A DNA stretch of 64,000 nucleotides from Myxococcota bacterium (GCA_965250285.1 OZ252299.1:5664001-5728000), one strand, 5' to 3'; shown: positions 1 to 9,940, counted from the first letter of the stretch. The notes: generated by a model from the letters alone, not told the origin. Numbers and translations: made by a program.

Positions 1-4
1 CGAC

Positions 5-991
5 ATGACGAGCGTGCACGACCTGCGGACCCCGGCGCTGTTGCTCGATGTGCCGGCCTTCGAGCACAACCTGCGCACGATGGCCGACGCACTGCCGGGC
101 TCACGCATGCGTCCGCACGTGAAGGCCCACAAGTGTACGGCGCTCGCGAAGCGCCAGTTCGAAGCGGGGCACCGGGCCTTCTGCGCGGCGGTCCCGCGTG
201 AGATCGAAGGACTCGCCGCGGCCGGGCTTGGTGAAGACCTGCTGCTCGCCAACGAAACCCTCGATACCAAGCGACTGGGCGCGCTCGATGCGCGCGTGAC
301 GATCGCCGTCGACTCGCCCGAGACGATCGCGGCCGTTGCCGAAGGCGGTCTGCGCGAAGTCTTGATCGACGTCAACGTCGGCCTGCCGCGTTGCGGCTGT
401 CGGCCGGAGGATGCGGGGCGCCTCGCCGACGCGGCGCGAAAGCGGGGCCTCGAGGTGCGCGGTGTGATGGGGTACGAGGGGCACATCGTGGGCCTGGCCG
501 AGCGCGACAAGCGCGAGGCCGGCTGCAAGAAGAGCATGGAGCTGCTCGCTTCGGCCCACGCCGACGTCGGGGGCGAGATCGTTTCGGCCGGCGGCACCGG
601 AACGTTCGACTTGAACGATGTGGCCACTGAAATTCAAGCAGGTTCGTACGTGCTGATGGATACGGCGTACTCGAAGCTCGGGCTCCCGTTTCGCCCGGCG
701 CTGCAGCTCCTGGCCACCGTCGTTTCGGTGTCGGCCGACTGGGCGGTGGCCGACACGGGCCTCAAGTCGCTCGGGATGGACCACGGCAACCCCGAGATCG
801 AGCATGGCCGCGTGCTGTTCTGCTCGGACGAGCACGTCACGTTCGTCCCCGAGACGCCGGTCTGCGTCGGCGACAAGCTGCGGGTGGCGCCCGCCCACTG
901 CGACCCGACGGCGGCGTACCACGAGCGCTACGCGCTCGTCGAGGGCGAGCAGGTGGTCGATTCGTGGGGGATCGACCTGCGGGGCTGGTAG
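5..991 (+). CDS. PLP-dependent fold-type III enzyme, DSD1/D-threonine aldolase family
   Basis: RPHVKAHK PLP-lysine motif, GVMGYEGH, SAGGTGT, EIQAGSY and C-terminal SDEH/PAHCDP, typical of D-TA/DSD enzymes. Confidence 0.85.
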   Translation: MTSVHDLRTPALLLDVPAFEHNLRTMADALPGSRMRPHVKAHKCTALAKRQFEAGHRAFCAAVPREIEGLAAAGLGEDLLLANETLDTKRLGALDARVTIAVDSPETIAAVAEGGLREVLIDVNVGLPRCGCRPEDAGRLADAARKRGLEVRGVMGYEGHIVGLAERDKREAGCKKSMELLASAHADVGGEIVSAGGTGTFDLNDVATEIQAGSYVLMDTAYSKLGLPFRPALQLLATVVSVSADWAVADTGLKSLGMDHGNPEIEHGRVLFCSDEHVTFVPETPVCVGDKLRVAPAHCDPTAAYHERYALVEGEQVVDSWGIDLRGW

Positions 992-1152
992 GCGAGGGCG
1001 AGCGGGCCGCGAGACGAGGCAGCGCCGTGCCCGATCGGCGGGCAGGGCAGAGCCGGGGCTCCGCGCGCCCGCGGCGAGGATCGGCTGAATTCAGCGATAT
1101 ACTGCAGGTCCCGGCCCATCTGACTGGCATGTGGCTTGCTTGAGTAGACCGA

Positions 1153-2661
1153 ATGCCTCCCCCGCCTCCGGATACGTCCTCAGACTCGGATCGCGCCGAA
1201 GCCCTGGGCTACCGCGGTCTCCCGAATCACTTCGACGGCCTCGTCGACGAACACGGCGAGGTGCGCGCCGCGTCGAAGATGCTCGACCGGGCCCTCAAGG
1301 AGCTGGGCGTCGAGGGGCTCGAGGAGGTGCAGCGAAACGCCGAGCTGTCGCTCCTGAACCAGGGCATCACGTTCACCGTCTACGCCGACGATCGCGGCAC
1401 CGAGAAGATCTTTCCCGTCGACGTGATCCCGCGCATCGTCACGGCGAAGCGTTGGGCGCACATCGAGGCGGGGCTGCAGCAGCGGCTGCGCGCCCTGAAC
1501 ATGTTCCTTCGCGATCTCTACGGCGAGCAGCGCATTCTGCGCGATGGCGTCGTGCCCACCGATCTGGTGGTCAACTCACAGCACTTCTGTCGCTCGATCG
1601 TCGGGTCGAAGATCCCGGGTGACGTCTTCATTCACGTCTCGGGCACCGACCTGATCCTGGACGAAACGGGCAACCCGCTCGTGCTCGAGGACAACCTGCG
1701 CGTGCCGTCGGGTGTCTCGTACGTGCTCGAGAATCGGATCGTGATGTCGCGGGTGCTCCCCGAGCTCTTGCAGAGCTACCGGGTTCGGCAGGTCGATCAG
1801 TATCCCCAGATGCTGCTCTCGGCGCTGCGGTCGCTGGCGCCCGATCCCCAGGCCGAGATCGCCGTGCTCACCCCGGGCATCTACAACTCGGCCTACTTCG
1901 AGCACTCGTTCCTCGCCGCACAGATGGGCGTGCAGCTGGTCGAGGGGCGCGATCTCGTCGTCGACGACGACGTGCTCTACATGAAGACGACGTCGGGCAT
2001 GCGTCGCATCGACGTGCTGTATCGCCGCGTCGACGACGCCTTTCTCGACCCGATCGCGTTCCGGCCCGACAGCGTGCTCGGTGTGCCGGGCCTGATGAGC
2101 GCGTACCGCGCCGGCAACGTCGTGCTGGCGAACGCGCCGGGGGCCGGCGTCGTCGACGACAAGGCGATGTATGCCTACGTGCCGCGAGCGATCCGCTACT
2201 ACCTCGAAGAAGAGCCGATTCTCGATCAGGTACCGACGTACCTGTGCCGCGAGTCCGACGGCCTCGCCTACGTGCTCGATCATCTCGAAGAGCTCGTGCT
2301 CAAGCCCACCGATGGGTCGGGTGGATACGGCCTGCTCGTCGGCACGGCGGCGACGAAGGACGAGCTCGCCGAGGCGCGGGCGGCGATCCGAGAAGAGCCC
2401 GAGCACTTCATTGCTCAGCCGATCCAGAAGCTCTCGACCCTGCCGACGCTCGTGGGTGAGGGCTCGCGTGAGGTCGCGCCGCGCCACGTCGATCTGCGCC
2501 CGTTCTCGGTCTGCAGCGCCCGCGAGCGCGTGGACGTACTGCCTGGCGGGCTGACGCGCGTCGCCCTGCGTGAGGGGAGCCTGATCGTCAACTCGTCGCA
2601 GGGTGGGGGCAGTAAGGATACCTGGGTGCTCTACGACGATGGGGAGTCGACCCATGCTTAG
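1153..2661 (+). CDS. Circularly permuted type 2 ATP-grasp protein
   Basis: QGITFTVY, LEDNLRVPSGVSY, TPGIYNSAYFEHSFLA, VDLRPF, PGGLTRVAL, VNSSQGGGSKDTWV. Confidence 0.93.
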   Translation: MPPPPPDTSSDSDRAEALGYRGLPNHFDGLVDEHGEVRAASKMLDRALKELGVEGLEEVQRNAELSLLNQGITFTVYADDRGTEKIFPVDVIPRIVTAKRWAHIEAGLQQRLRALNMFLRDLYGEQRILRDGVVPTDLVVNSQHFCRSIVGSKIPGDVFIHVSGTDLILDETGNPLVLEDNLRVPSGVSYVLENRIVMSRVLPELLQSYRVRQVDQYPQMLLSALRSLAPDPQAEIAVLTPGIYNSAYFEHSFLAAQMGVQLVEGRDLVVDDDVLYMKTTSGMRRIDVLYRRVDDAFLDPIAFRPDSVLGVPGLMSAYRAGNVVLANAPGAGVVDDKAMYAYVPRAIRYYLEEEPILDQVPTYLCRESDGLAYVLDHLEELVLKPTDGSGGYGLLVGTAATKDELAEARAAIREEPEHFIAQPIQKLSTLPTLVGEGSREVAPRHVDLRPFSVCSARERVDVLPGGLTRVALREGSLIVNSSQGGGSKDTWVLYDDGESTHA

Positions 2662-3694
2662 TCGCATTGCGCGTGGCCTCTACGGCCTCGGCCGTGAAGT
2701 CGAGCGCGCACAGAACGTGATTCGCGTGCTCGAAGTCAACCACAAGATGAACCTCGAACGCGCCGCGGTCGACGAGGCCAACGTCTGGAGCGCCATCGCC
2801 GACGCGTTCGGTTGTTGCGAGGACCAGCCCGACGAGCGCAGTCTCTATGACTGTCTCGTGCTGTCGGACGATCACGACTACTCGGTGCGCCGCTGCATTC
2901 ACAGCGCGCGCGACGAGGGTCGGTCGATGCGCGACCACATCAGCGAGGAGATGTGGCTCCACTTGAATCGGACGTGGCTCGACCTGGCCGATCTCAGCTT
3001 CACCCGCGTGCTGCGGATGGGGCGCTCCGAGTTCAACCGGCAGATCGAGGTGTTCTGCGACGCCTTCCACGGGCTGGCCGACGACACGATGATTCGCGGC
3101 GAGTCGTGGGCGTTCCTGCGGTCGGGCAAGCTGTTCGAGCGCGCGCTGCTCATCTGCCGGATCCTCGAGATCAAGCGGAAGTCGCTGGCGTTGGCTACCA
3201 CGACGGTCGGCGACCCGCTCGAGGTGCATCAGTGGCAGGCGCTGCTGCGTTCGCTGTCGGGCTACGAGCCCTACCGTCGGGCGTACGACGCGCGGATCAT
3301 TCCGCACCGGGTACTCGAGTTCGTGTTGCAGCGCGCCGACTTTCCAAGGTCGCTGGCGTGCACGCTCTACGGTCTGCAGTCGACGCTCGGTGAGATGAAC
3401 GGCGCCAACGCGCGGCAGACCCACGTCGCGGTCGATCTCGACCGTCTCATCAAGCAGGTCGGCGCGATCGACACCGACGAGATCGTCCGCTCGGGCAGCT
3501 TCGAGCACGAGCTGCACTGGATCGAAGAGCGCCTGGTCGCTCTCATTGCCGACTTCGAGATGGGCTACTTCACGAGCTCGCGACCGGCGTCGGAGCCGAT
3601 TACGGCCGCACCGGGGGCCGCGCTGGTGCCACAGCAGCAGCAACAGCAGCAGCGGCCCCGACAGATGCGTTTCGCCGGGAGGACTGCACAGTGA
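2654..3694 (+). CDS. Alpha-E domain protein with C-terminal poly-Gln tract
   Basis: MLSR..LY.LGR.VERA and second ERA motif, IS.EMW, FPRS; ATG at 2654 overlaps the upstream stop. Confidence 0.88.
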   Translation: MLSRIARGLYGLGREVERAQNVIRVLEVNHKMNLERAAVDEANVWSAIADAFGCCEDQPDERSLYDCLVLSDDHDYSVRRCIHSARDEGRSMRDHISEEMWLHLNRTWLDLADLSFTRVLRMGRSEFNRQIEVFCDAFHGLADDTMIRGESWAFLRSGKLFERALLICRILEIKRKSLALATTTVGDPLEVHQWQALLRSLSGYEPYRRAYDARIIPHRVLEFVLQRADFPRSLACTLYGLQSTLGEMNGANARQTHVAVDLDRLIKQVGAIDTDEIVRSGSFEHELHWIEERLVALIADFEMGYFTSSRPASEPITAAPGAALVPQQQQQQQRPRQMRFAGRTAQ

Positions 3695-4566
3695 AGCCGT
3701 GGGATGCGAAGGGCATGGCGATGCTGCTCGTGACCCACGAGACGCGGCTCGCCTATGCCGAGCCCGTCGTCGAGGCGCACACCGAGATTCGCAAGACGCC
3801 GATCGATACGGGGCTGCAGCGGGTGGTGACCCACAAGGTCGACGTGTGGCCCCCCGCCAACGTCAAGTGGTATCGCGACTACTTCGACAGCTGGGTGCAC
3901 TACTTCAATCTGCTCGAGCCGCACTCGGAGCTGATGATCCGGGCCGAGGCCGTGGTCGAGACGGCCGATGCCGTCTGCTGCGGTCCGCAGCGAACCTTCG
4001 ACGACCGGCCCTGGCAGGCTCGCTTCGCCGAGTTCCTGCACTGGTCGCCTTCGGTGCCGCCCCTCGACGAGTACAATTCGATCGACAACCCGGTGCAGAG
4101 CGACCTCGGACCCGACGAGTTCCTCGATGCCTTGCGCGAGCTCGGCGCGATCTTCCAGGCCAAGTTCCGCTACGACCCCGAAGCGACCGACGTGAACTCG
4201 AGCCCGAAGGCGCTCTTCGAAGCCGGGGGGGGTGTCTGCCAGGATCTCGCCCACGCGATGATCGGGGTGCTGCGCACGCACGGCGTCGCATCGCGCTACG
4301 TCAGCGGGTACGTCTACGACCCGCTCGGCGATGATGAAGGCGATCACGTGCAGGGCGCTGCGGCGAGCCATGCGTGGGTGCAGGCCTGGCACCCCGAGCT
4401 GGGCTGGGTGGGGATCGACCCGACCAACCACAAGCTCGTCGACTGGCAGTACATCCGCGTCGCCGCCGGTCGCGACTACACTGACGTGCAGCCGCTGCGC
4501 GGCGTGTTCGTCGGCGCCGAAGAGCAGACGCTGAGCGTCGAGGTGAGCGTCCGTCGCATCGGGTAG
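3691..4566 (+). CDS. Transglutaminase-like protein (Bact_transglu_N + core)
   Basis: GVCQDLAH (Cys), RYVSGY, SHAW (His), DPTN (Asp), GRDY.DV.P..G; true start may be 3715 or 3721. Confidence 0.92.
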   Translation: MKPWDAKGMAMLLVTHETRLAYAEPVVEAHTEIRKTPIDTGLQRVVTHKVDVWPPANVKWYRDYFDSWVHYFNLLEPHSELMIRAEAVVETADAVCCGPQRTFDDRPWQARFAEFLHWSPSVPPLDEYNSIDNPVQSDLGPDEFLDALRELGAIFQAKFRYDPEATDVNSSPKALFEAGGGVCQDLAHAMIGVLRTHGVASRYVSGYVYDPLGDDEGDHVQGAAASHAWVQAWHPELGWVGIDPTNHKLVDWQYIRVAAGRDYTDVQPLRGVFVGAEEQTLSVEVSVRRIG

Positions 4567-4852
4567 CGACACGCGGTGTGCGCTCGGCTCGCGGGCCGAG
4601 GCAGTCGCCCCCGCTCTAGACCGTCCCGACGGCTCCACATGTCAATCGATGGGTCTCAGTCGACCCATTCGGCCCGCCCAATCGACACGCGCAGGCGATC
4701 TTGCTTGCCGATCCGCTCGGCCGATGATCCAATGACGATCGTCGCGATTCGCGTTCGCCTCGGTGCTGCGCGGATGAATCGATTGGGGTCGCGAGCACGA
4801 GACATCGGCGAGCGCCGAGCCGCGATGCTCTTCCGATCGGAGGAGGCAGGCC

Positions 4853-5290
4853 ATGAGGACCCGCGAGATCGTGTGGATCGTCGGCATTGCGGCGGCGCTC
4901 GGCGCAGTCGCGATCACGGCTTCCGTGGCAGGGACTGTCAACGACGTGGATGGAGACGGCGTCCCCGACGCGTACGACAACTGTGTGTTGGAGCCGAATG
5001 GGCCTTTGGCGGGCAAGTGTCGACTTCAGCAGGATGGCGACGAAGACGGCTTTGGGAACGCGTGCGATGCCGACTTCAACAACGACGGGGCGTGGGGCAT
5101 CGACGATATCTCGTACATGCTTGCGGAGATTGGGAGCACCGAGCCGCAGCTCGATTTGAACTGCGATGGAGCTGCAGGGGTCGACGATCTGTCCCGCATG
5201 CTGGAGAACCTCGGTGCCGTGCCCGGTCCATCGGGCCTGCCCTGCCAGGATTCGAATGCGTCCGGTTTGGGGACCTGCCCGCCGTACTGA
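4853..5290 (+). CDS. Small secreted Ca-binding protein, thrombospondin type-3/dockerin-like repeats
   Basis: GGAGG RBS, signal peptide, DVDGDGVPDAYDNC, DGDEDGFGNACDADFNNDG, DLNCDG. Confidence 0.75.
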   Translation: MRTREIVWIVGIAAALGAVAITASVAGTVNDVDGDGVPDAYDNCVLEPNGPLAGKCRLQQDGDEDGFGNACDADFNNDGAWGIDDISYMLAEIGSTEPQLDLNCDGAAGVDDLSRMLENLGAVPGPSGLPCQDSNASGLGTCPPY

Positions 5291-5371
5291 GCGAGAACGC
5301 CGCGACAGCACTTCGGGCACTGCCCCGTCGCCCTGTGGTGTATGCTGATCCTCTCATCGGAGGCGATCGTC

Positions 5372-6526
5372 ATGCCGGCTTCCTCCCCCCTGGCCGACGG
5401 CGAAACGCTGCTCTTCGTCGGCACCTGCAAGGGCATCTTCTTTCTGCGTTCGAGCGATGCGCGCGCGAGCTTCAAGCTCGAGGGGCCGCACTTTCTCGGC
5501 CACCTCGCGTATCACGTCGTGCTCGATCCCCGCGATGGCCGCACCCTGCTCGCGGCGACGAAGACGGGCCATCTCGGCCCGGCGATCTTCCGCAGTGAAG
5601 ATCTCGGTCGGACGTGGCAAGAGGTCGCCCAGCCGCCTGCCTTCCCGAAAGTGCCCGACGGCGAGACGGGCCGGGTCGTTGATCACGCATTCTGGCTGCA
5701 GCCCTCGACCGCCGCCGAGCCCGGGGTCTGGTACGCCGGCACGTCGCCCCCCGCGCTGTTTCGAAGTGAGGACGCCGGGCGATCGTGGCACCCGGTGGCC
5801 GGCTTCAACGATCACCCCAAGTGGGGCGACTGGACGGAGGAGGGGGCCGACGGCACACCCGATGGATCGATCCTGCACTCGATCACCGTCGACCCCCGCG
5901 ACTCGGCGCATCTCTACGTCGGCTGCTCGGGCGGAGGCGTCTTCGAGAGCACGGATGCGGGCGCGGCGTGGCATCCCCTGAACGCGGGCTGCGAGGCGAA
6001 CTTCAACCCCGACCCGAATCCCGAGTACGGCCACGACCCCCACTGCCTGCGCGTGCATCCGGCGAAGCCCGACGTGCTCTGGCAGCAGAACCACTGCGGC
6101 ATCTACCGCATGGATCGAAACGAAGGGGTGTGGGAGCGCATTGGCAACGCGATGCCCCCGGATGTCGGCGACATCGGGTTCCCGATCGAGCTGCACCCGC
6201 GCGACCCCGATACGGCGTGGGTCTATCCGATGGACGGCTCGGACGTGTGGCCGCGGACGTGCCCGGGCGGCCGGCCGGCGGTGTATCGCACGCGCGATCG
6301 CGGGCAGAGCTGGCAACGCCTCGACGCCGGCCTGCCGCCCGAGCACGCCTGGCTGACGGTGCTGCGGCAGGCGATGGCGGTCGACGATCACGACCCGACC
6401 GGGGTCTACTTCGGGACGACGACGGGCGAGATCTTCGCCAGCGCCGACGAGGGCGAGTCGTGGCGCTCGATCGCGCGTCATCTGCCGCACGTGTTCAGCG
6501 TCGAAGTCGCGAGGGCGCCGGCGTGA
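5372..6526 (+). CDS. BNR/Asp-box repeat beta-propeller (glycosyl hydrolase/sialidase-like)
   Basis: Repeated S.D.G.(T/S)W boxes (RSEDLGRTW, RSEDAGRSW, STDAGAAW, TRDRGQSW, SADEGESW); GGAGG at 5359. Confidence 0.85.
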   Translation: MPASSPLADGETLLFVGTCKGIFFLRSSDARASFKLEGPHFLGHLAYHVVLDPRDGRTLLAATKTGHLGPAIFRSEDLGRTWQEVAQPPAFPKVPDGETGRVVDHAFWLQPSTAAEPGVWYAGTSPPALFRSEDAGRSWHPVAGFNDHPKWGDWTEEGADGTPDGSILHSITVDPRDSAHLYVGCSGGGVFESTDAGAAWHPLNAGCEANFNPDPNPEYGHDPHCLRVHPAKPDVLWQQNHCGIYRMDRNEGVWERIGNAMPPDVGDIGFPIELHPRDPDTAWVYPMDGSDVWPRTCPGGRPAVYRTRDRGQSWQRLDAGLPPEHAWLTVLRQAMAVDDHDPTGVYFGTTTGEIFASADEGESWRSIARHLPHVFSVEVARAPA

Positions 6527-6780
6527 GGGTGCGCATCCCGACGCCGCTGCAGTCGTACACCGAGGGCGTCGAGGTCGACGCCGACGGGGGGACGGTGGCC
6601 GAGCTGCTCGCCGACCTCGATCGGCGCTATCCCGGCATCCGCCACCGCATGATCGACGAGCAGGACGGGATCCGTCCGCACATGCGCATCTTCGTGAACC
6701 GCGAGCGCGTCGTATCGATCGAGTCGGTGCTCGAGCTCGGCGACGAGATTCAGATTCTGCAGGCGCTGTCGGGGGGGTAG
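6523..6780 (+). CDS. MoaD/ThiS family ubiquitin-like sulfur carrier
   Basis: GTG overlaps upstream stop; VRIPTPL...TVAELLADLD..YPG...IFVN...ALSGG-stop (C-terminal GG); 3' part of ORF 5785..6780. Confidence 0.9.
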   Translation: MRVRIPTPLQSYTEGVEVDADGGTVAELLADLDRRYPGIRHRMIDEQDGIRPHMRIFVNRERVVSIESVLELGDEIQILQALSGG

Positions 6781-6907
6781 GGCGAGTGTGGCGCGCCATG
6801 CGTCGGAACCGACGCATCCGAATGCCACGCATCGACGCGATGACGTGCGACACTGTAGGAGCCGACGCCGGCCGCCGAGCCACGGCCCGCGCGAGGAGGC
6901 CCGCCCG

Positions 6908-7582
6908 ATGCGTTCGCAGCTCTTCCGTTTCTGGCTCGTCGTGATCGCGATGCTCATGGTCTCGCCCGCGGCGAGTGCGATCTCTCTGAGGATGATTCCG
7001 ACCAGCGGCGATCCGACGTGGCTGATCCCGGGCGAATCGTTCACCGTCGCGCTCGTGCTCGATACCGAGGGGACGATCGGCATCGAATCCTTCTCGGTGG
7101 GACTGACGTTCGATCCCGAGGTCATCACCTACAACGTCGGCGAGTCGGATCTGACGGACTGGGTGCTCTACACATGGAACGGGGGCAAGACGCCGACGTG
7201 GCTCGAGCCGACGCACGAGCCTCCGTTGTACTCGCCCACGGCGCTGTACCCGATGTACGCCCAGCTCAATCTGGCGTTCATCGAACCGAACCTGAGATCG
7301 ACCGACGTGGCAGGGGACGGGATCGTGCTCGGTCACCTGAGATTCGATCAGCGCCCGAACCAGATGGGCGAGGTCTCACCGCTCTTACTCGGCTTCTTCG
7401 GCGGGGGAACGCACTTCCTGGTCGATGGTGCGGACGTGTCCGACGAGGTGAGTCTCAACGAGTTCTTCGTGCTCATTGCGCCCGAGCCCGGCACCGCACT
7501 GCTCGTGGGCGCCGGGCTCTTCGGTCTGGGCGCCGCGGCGCGGCGGCGATCGAAGCGGCCCGGGCGACCACCCGCGCCCTAG
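6908..7582 (+). CDS. PEP-CTERM sorting-domain surface protein (cohesin-like beta domain)
   Basis: GAGGAGG RBS, signal peptide (..SPAASA), C-terminal APEPGTALLVGAGLFGLGAAARRR. Confidence 0.85.
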   Translation: MRSQLFRFWLVVIAMLMVSPAASAISLRMIPTSGDPTWLIPGESFTVALVLDTEGTIGIESFSVGLTFDPEVITYNVGESDLTDWVLYTWNGGKTPTWLEPTHEPPLYSPTALYPMYAQLNLAFIEPNLRSTDVAGDGIVLGHLRFDQRPNQMGEVSPLLLGFFGGGTHFLVDGADVSDEVSLNEFFVLIAPEPGTALLVGAGLFGLGAAARRRSKRPGRPPAP

Positions 7583-7896
7583 CGCTCGGGCACCTCGATG
7601 CGCGGCTTCTCGTCGTTTCGGCGATAGAGGATCACCGTGTGGCCGACGAGGCCGCACAGCTCGGCGCGGCCCATCCGGGCCAGCTCGGCCGCAGCGGCCT
7701 TCTTGTCGTCGGGCCGGTGCAGCTTGACTTTCACGAGCTCGTGGTGCTCGAGCGCATCGTCGAGTGCGCGGCCGACCGCATCGGAGAGGCCGCCATCGCC
7801 CACCGAGACGACGGGCTTCAGCCCGTGCGCGAGCTTGCGCAGGTGCTTGCGCTGATAGCCGGCGAGCGTGCCGGGGTTCGGGGCTGAGTCGGTCAT
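7579..7896 (-). CDS. yhbY: YhbY/CRM-domain RNA-binding protein
   Basis: RKHLRKLAHGLKPVVSVG..G, LEHHELVKVK, VGHTVILYR. Confidence 0.92.
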   Translation of the reverse strand: MTDSAPNPGTLAGYQRKHLRKLAHGLKPVVSVGDGGLSDAVGRALDDALEHHELVKVKLHRPDDKKAAAAELARMGRAELCGLVGHTVILYRRNDEKPRIEVPER

Positions 7897-8097
7897 GGGG
7901 GGTCTCCGCAGCCGGGGCGGGGCGAGCAGGGCGGGCCTCGGCGAGCGCGGCAGGGTAGCGGGGCCGGCCCCGACCTGCCCCGCCGTCGGCTGCGATGGGA
8001 GCGGAATTTCGCAGCGTGAGGTGAAGGGGGCATCCGCTCGGCGAGGTGCGGGTCTTGCTCAGGGCGCCCCTTCGAGGTGCCGATAACGGGCGGCATC

Positions 8098-9885
8098 ATG
8101 GCCAACAAGACTCCCGTACCGCTCCTGGGTCGGCTCGCGATCCAGCTCAAGCTCGTGTCGAAGGAACAGCTCGGCTCGGCGCTGCAGAATGCCTCCGGCA
8201 CCGGCGGCAAGCTCGGCGACGTGATGGTCGAGATGGGCCTCATCAACCGCGCGCAGCTGCAGAAGCTCGAGCAGGTGCAGAAGGACGTCATCGCCAAGCA
8301 CCGCGCGAAGAAGGCGGCCGAAGCGGGCGCCGCGGCGCAGGCCGCACCGCCGGCTGCGCCCAAGCCCGATCCGGTCCACGCGGCCGCGGCGCAGGCGACG
8401 CAAGACGCGGCCCCCATGACCGGCGAGCAGGTGCTCGAGCTGAGCGAGCCCACCGGCAGCTCGGGCCTCGAACTCGGCGAGCCCGGCGGTGGTGGCGGCG
8501 ACGGTTCGGGTCTCGACATCGCGGGGCCCGGTCAGCAGAGTGGATCGGGCCTCGAACTCGCCGGCCCGGGCGAAGCGACGGGCGGGTCGGGTCTCGAGCT
8601 CGACGCCCCTGCAGGCGCCGCATCGAGTGCATCCGAGTGGGGCGATGACTCGCTCGAGCTCGGGGGGCCGGCCGCCCCTGTGGCCGAGCCCGCCGCCGCG
8701 CCTGCGGCGCCGACGCCGCAAGCGGCGCCCGCGGCCCCCAGTGCACCCCAGGCCCCGGCGCCGAGCGGCCCGCGCCTCGAGATCGAAGGCGATCCCGGGC
8801 TCGAGCTGAACCTGCCCGTCCCCGACGACGCCCATCGCCAGAAGCTCCAGCAGGTGCTGCAGGCCGGTGTTCAGGCGGGTGCGAGCGACGTCCACATTCA
8901 CGCCAACGGCCGGATCCTCTGGCGCGTGAACGGTGAGCTGACGAGCCCCGACGAGAGCGTGCTCGACCCGGCGTCGAGCGAGGCGCTGGTCTCGGCCGCG
9001 CTGACGGCCAGCGAGCAGCAGACCATCATGCGCTCGGGCGAGATCGACTACTGCCTCGAGCTGCCGGGCATCGGCCGCTTCCGCGCGAACAGCTACCGCC
9101 AGCAGCGCGGCTTCGACTCGGTGTACCGCGTGGTGTCGGCCGAGCCGCCGACCCTCGAGTCGCTCGGGCTGCCCGCAGATCTGAAGCGCTTCACGACGTA
9201 TCACCAGGGCATGGTGCTCATCACGGGCCCTGCGGGTTGCGGGAAGTCGGCCACGATGGCGGCGCTCGTGAATCTGATCAACGAAGAGCGCGAAGAGCAC
9301 ATCCTCTGCATCGAAGACCCGATCGAGATTCTGCACCCGAGCAAGAAGTGCCTGGTGAACCAGCGCCACGCGGGCCAGCACACCGCGAGCTTCGCGCGCG
9401 CCCTGCGCGGTGCGCTTCGTGAGGATCCCGATGTGATCGTCATCGGTGAGCTGCGCGACCTCGAGACGATCTCGCTCGCGATGACCGCCGCCGAGACCGG
9501 TCACTTCGTGCTCGCCACGCTGCATACGAACAACGCGGTGCGTACGATCAACCGCATGATCGGCGCCTTCCCCGCGAACGAGCAGGGGCAGATCCGCACG
9601 ATGCTGAGCGAGAGCCTGCGGGCCGTCATCTCGCAGCGCCTCGTGCCCCGGGCCGATGGCCAGGGCCGCGTGCCCGCTCTCGAGCTGCTCGTGCTCAACA
9701 AGGCGATCGCCAACCTCGTCCGCGACGAGAAGACGGTGCAGATCCGCTCTTCGATCCAGACGGGCAAGGCGCACGGCATGTACCTGCTCGAGCAGAGCCT
9801 CGACGAGCTCGCGAAGCAGAAGGTGATCACGCGTGAGACGGCGCTCAAGTTCGCCGAAGACGAGAAGCTCATCACCGGGTCCTGA
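8098..9885 (+). CDS. PilT/PilU family type IV pilus ATPase with MshEN-like N-terminus and low-complexity linker
   Basis: GASDVHI, RFRAN, Walker A GPAGCGKS, IEDPIE, ALREDPDVIVIGELRD, AETGH, TLHT, AIANLVRD. Confidence 0.88.
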   Translation: MANKTPVPLLGRLAIQLKLVSKEQLGSALQNASGTGGKLGDVMVEMGLINRAQLQKLEQVQKDVIAKHRAKKAAEAGAAAQAAPPAAPKPDPVHAAAAQATQDAAPMTGEQVLELSEPTGSSGLELGEPGGGGGDGSGLDIAGPGQQSGSGLELAGPGEATGGSGLELDAPAGAASSASEWGDDSLELGGPAAPVAEPAAAPAAPTPQAAPAAPSAPQAPAPSGPRLEIEGDPGLELNLPVPDDAHRQKLQQVLQAGVQAGASDVHIHANGRILWRVNGELTSPDESVLDPASSEALVSAALTASEQQTIMRSGEIDYCLELPGIGRFRANSYRQQRGFDSVYRVVSAEPPTLESLGLPADLKRFTTYHQGMVLITGPAGCGKSATMAALVNLINEEREEHILCIEDPIEILHPSKKCLVNQRHAGQHTASFARALRGALREDPDVIVIGELRDLETISLAMTAAETGHFVLATLHTNNAVRTINRMIGAFPANEQGQIRTMLSESLRAVISQRLVPRADGQGRVPALELLVLNKAIANLVRDEKTVQIRSSIQTGKAHGMYLLEQSLDELAKQKVITRETALKFAEDEKLITGS

Positions 9886-9940
9886 TGCCCGAAGCTCCAC
9901 CCCCATTCGGGCCGCGGAGCCCGCGAACGAGAGGCGAACC

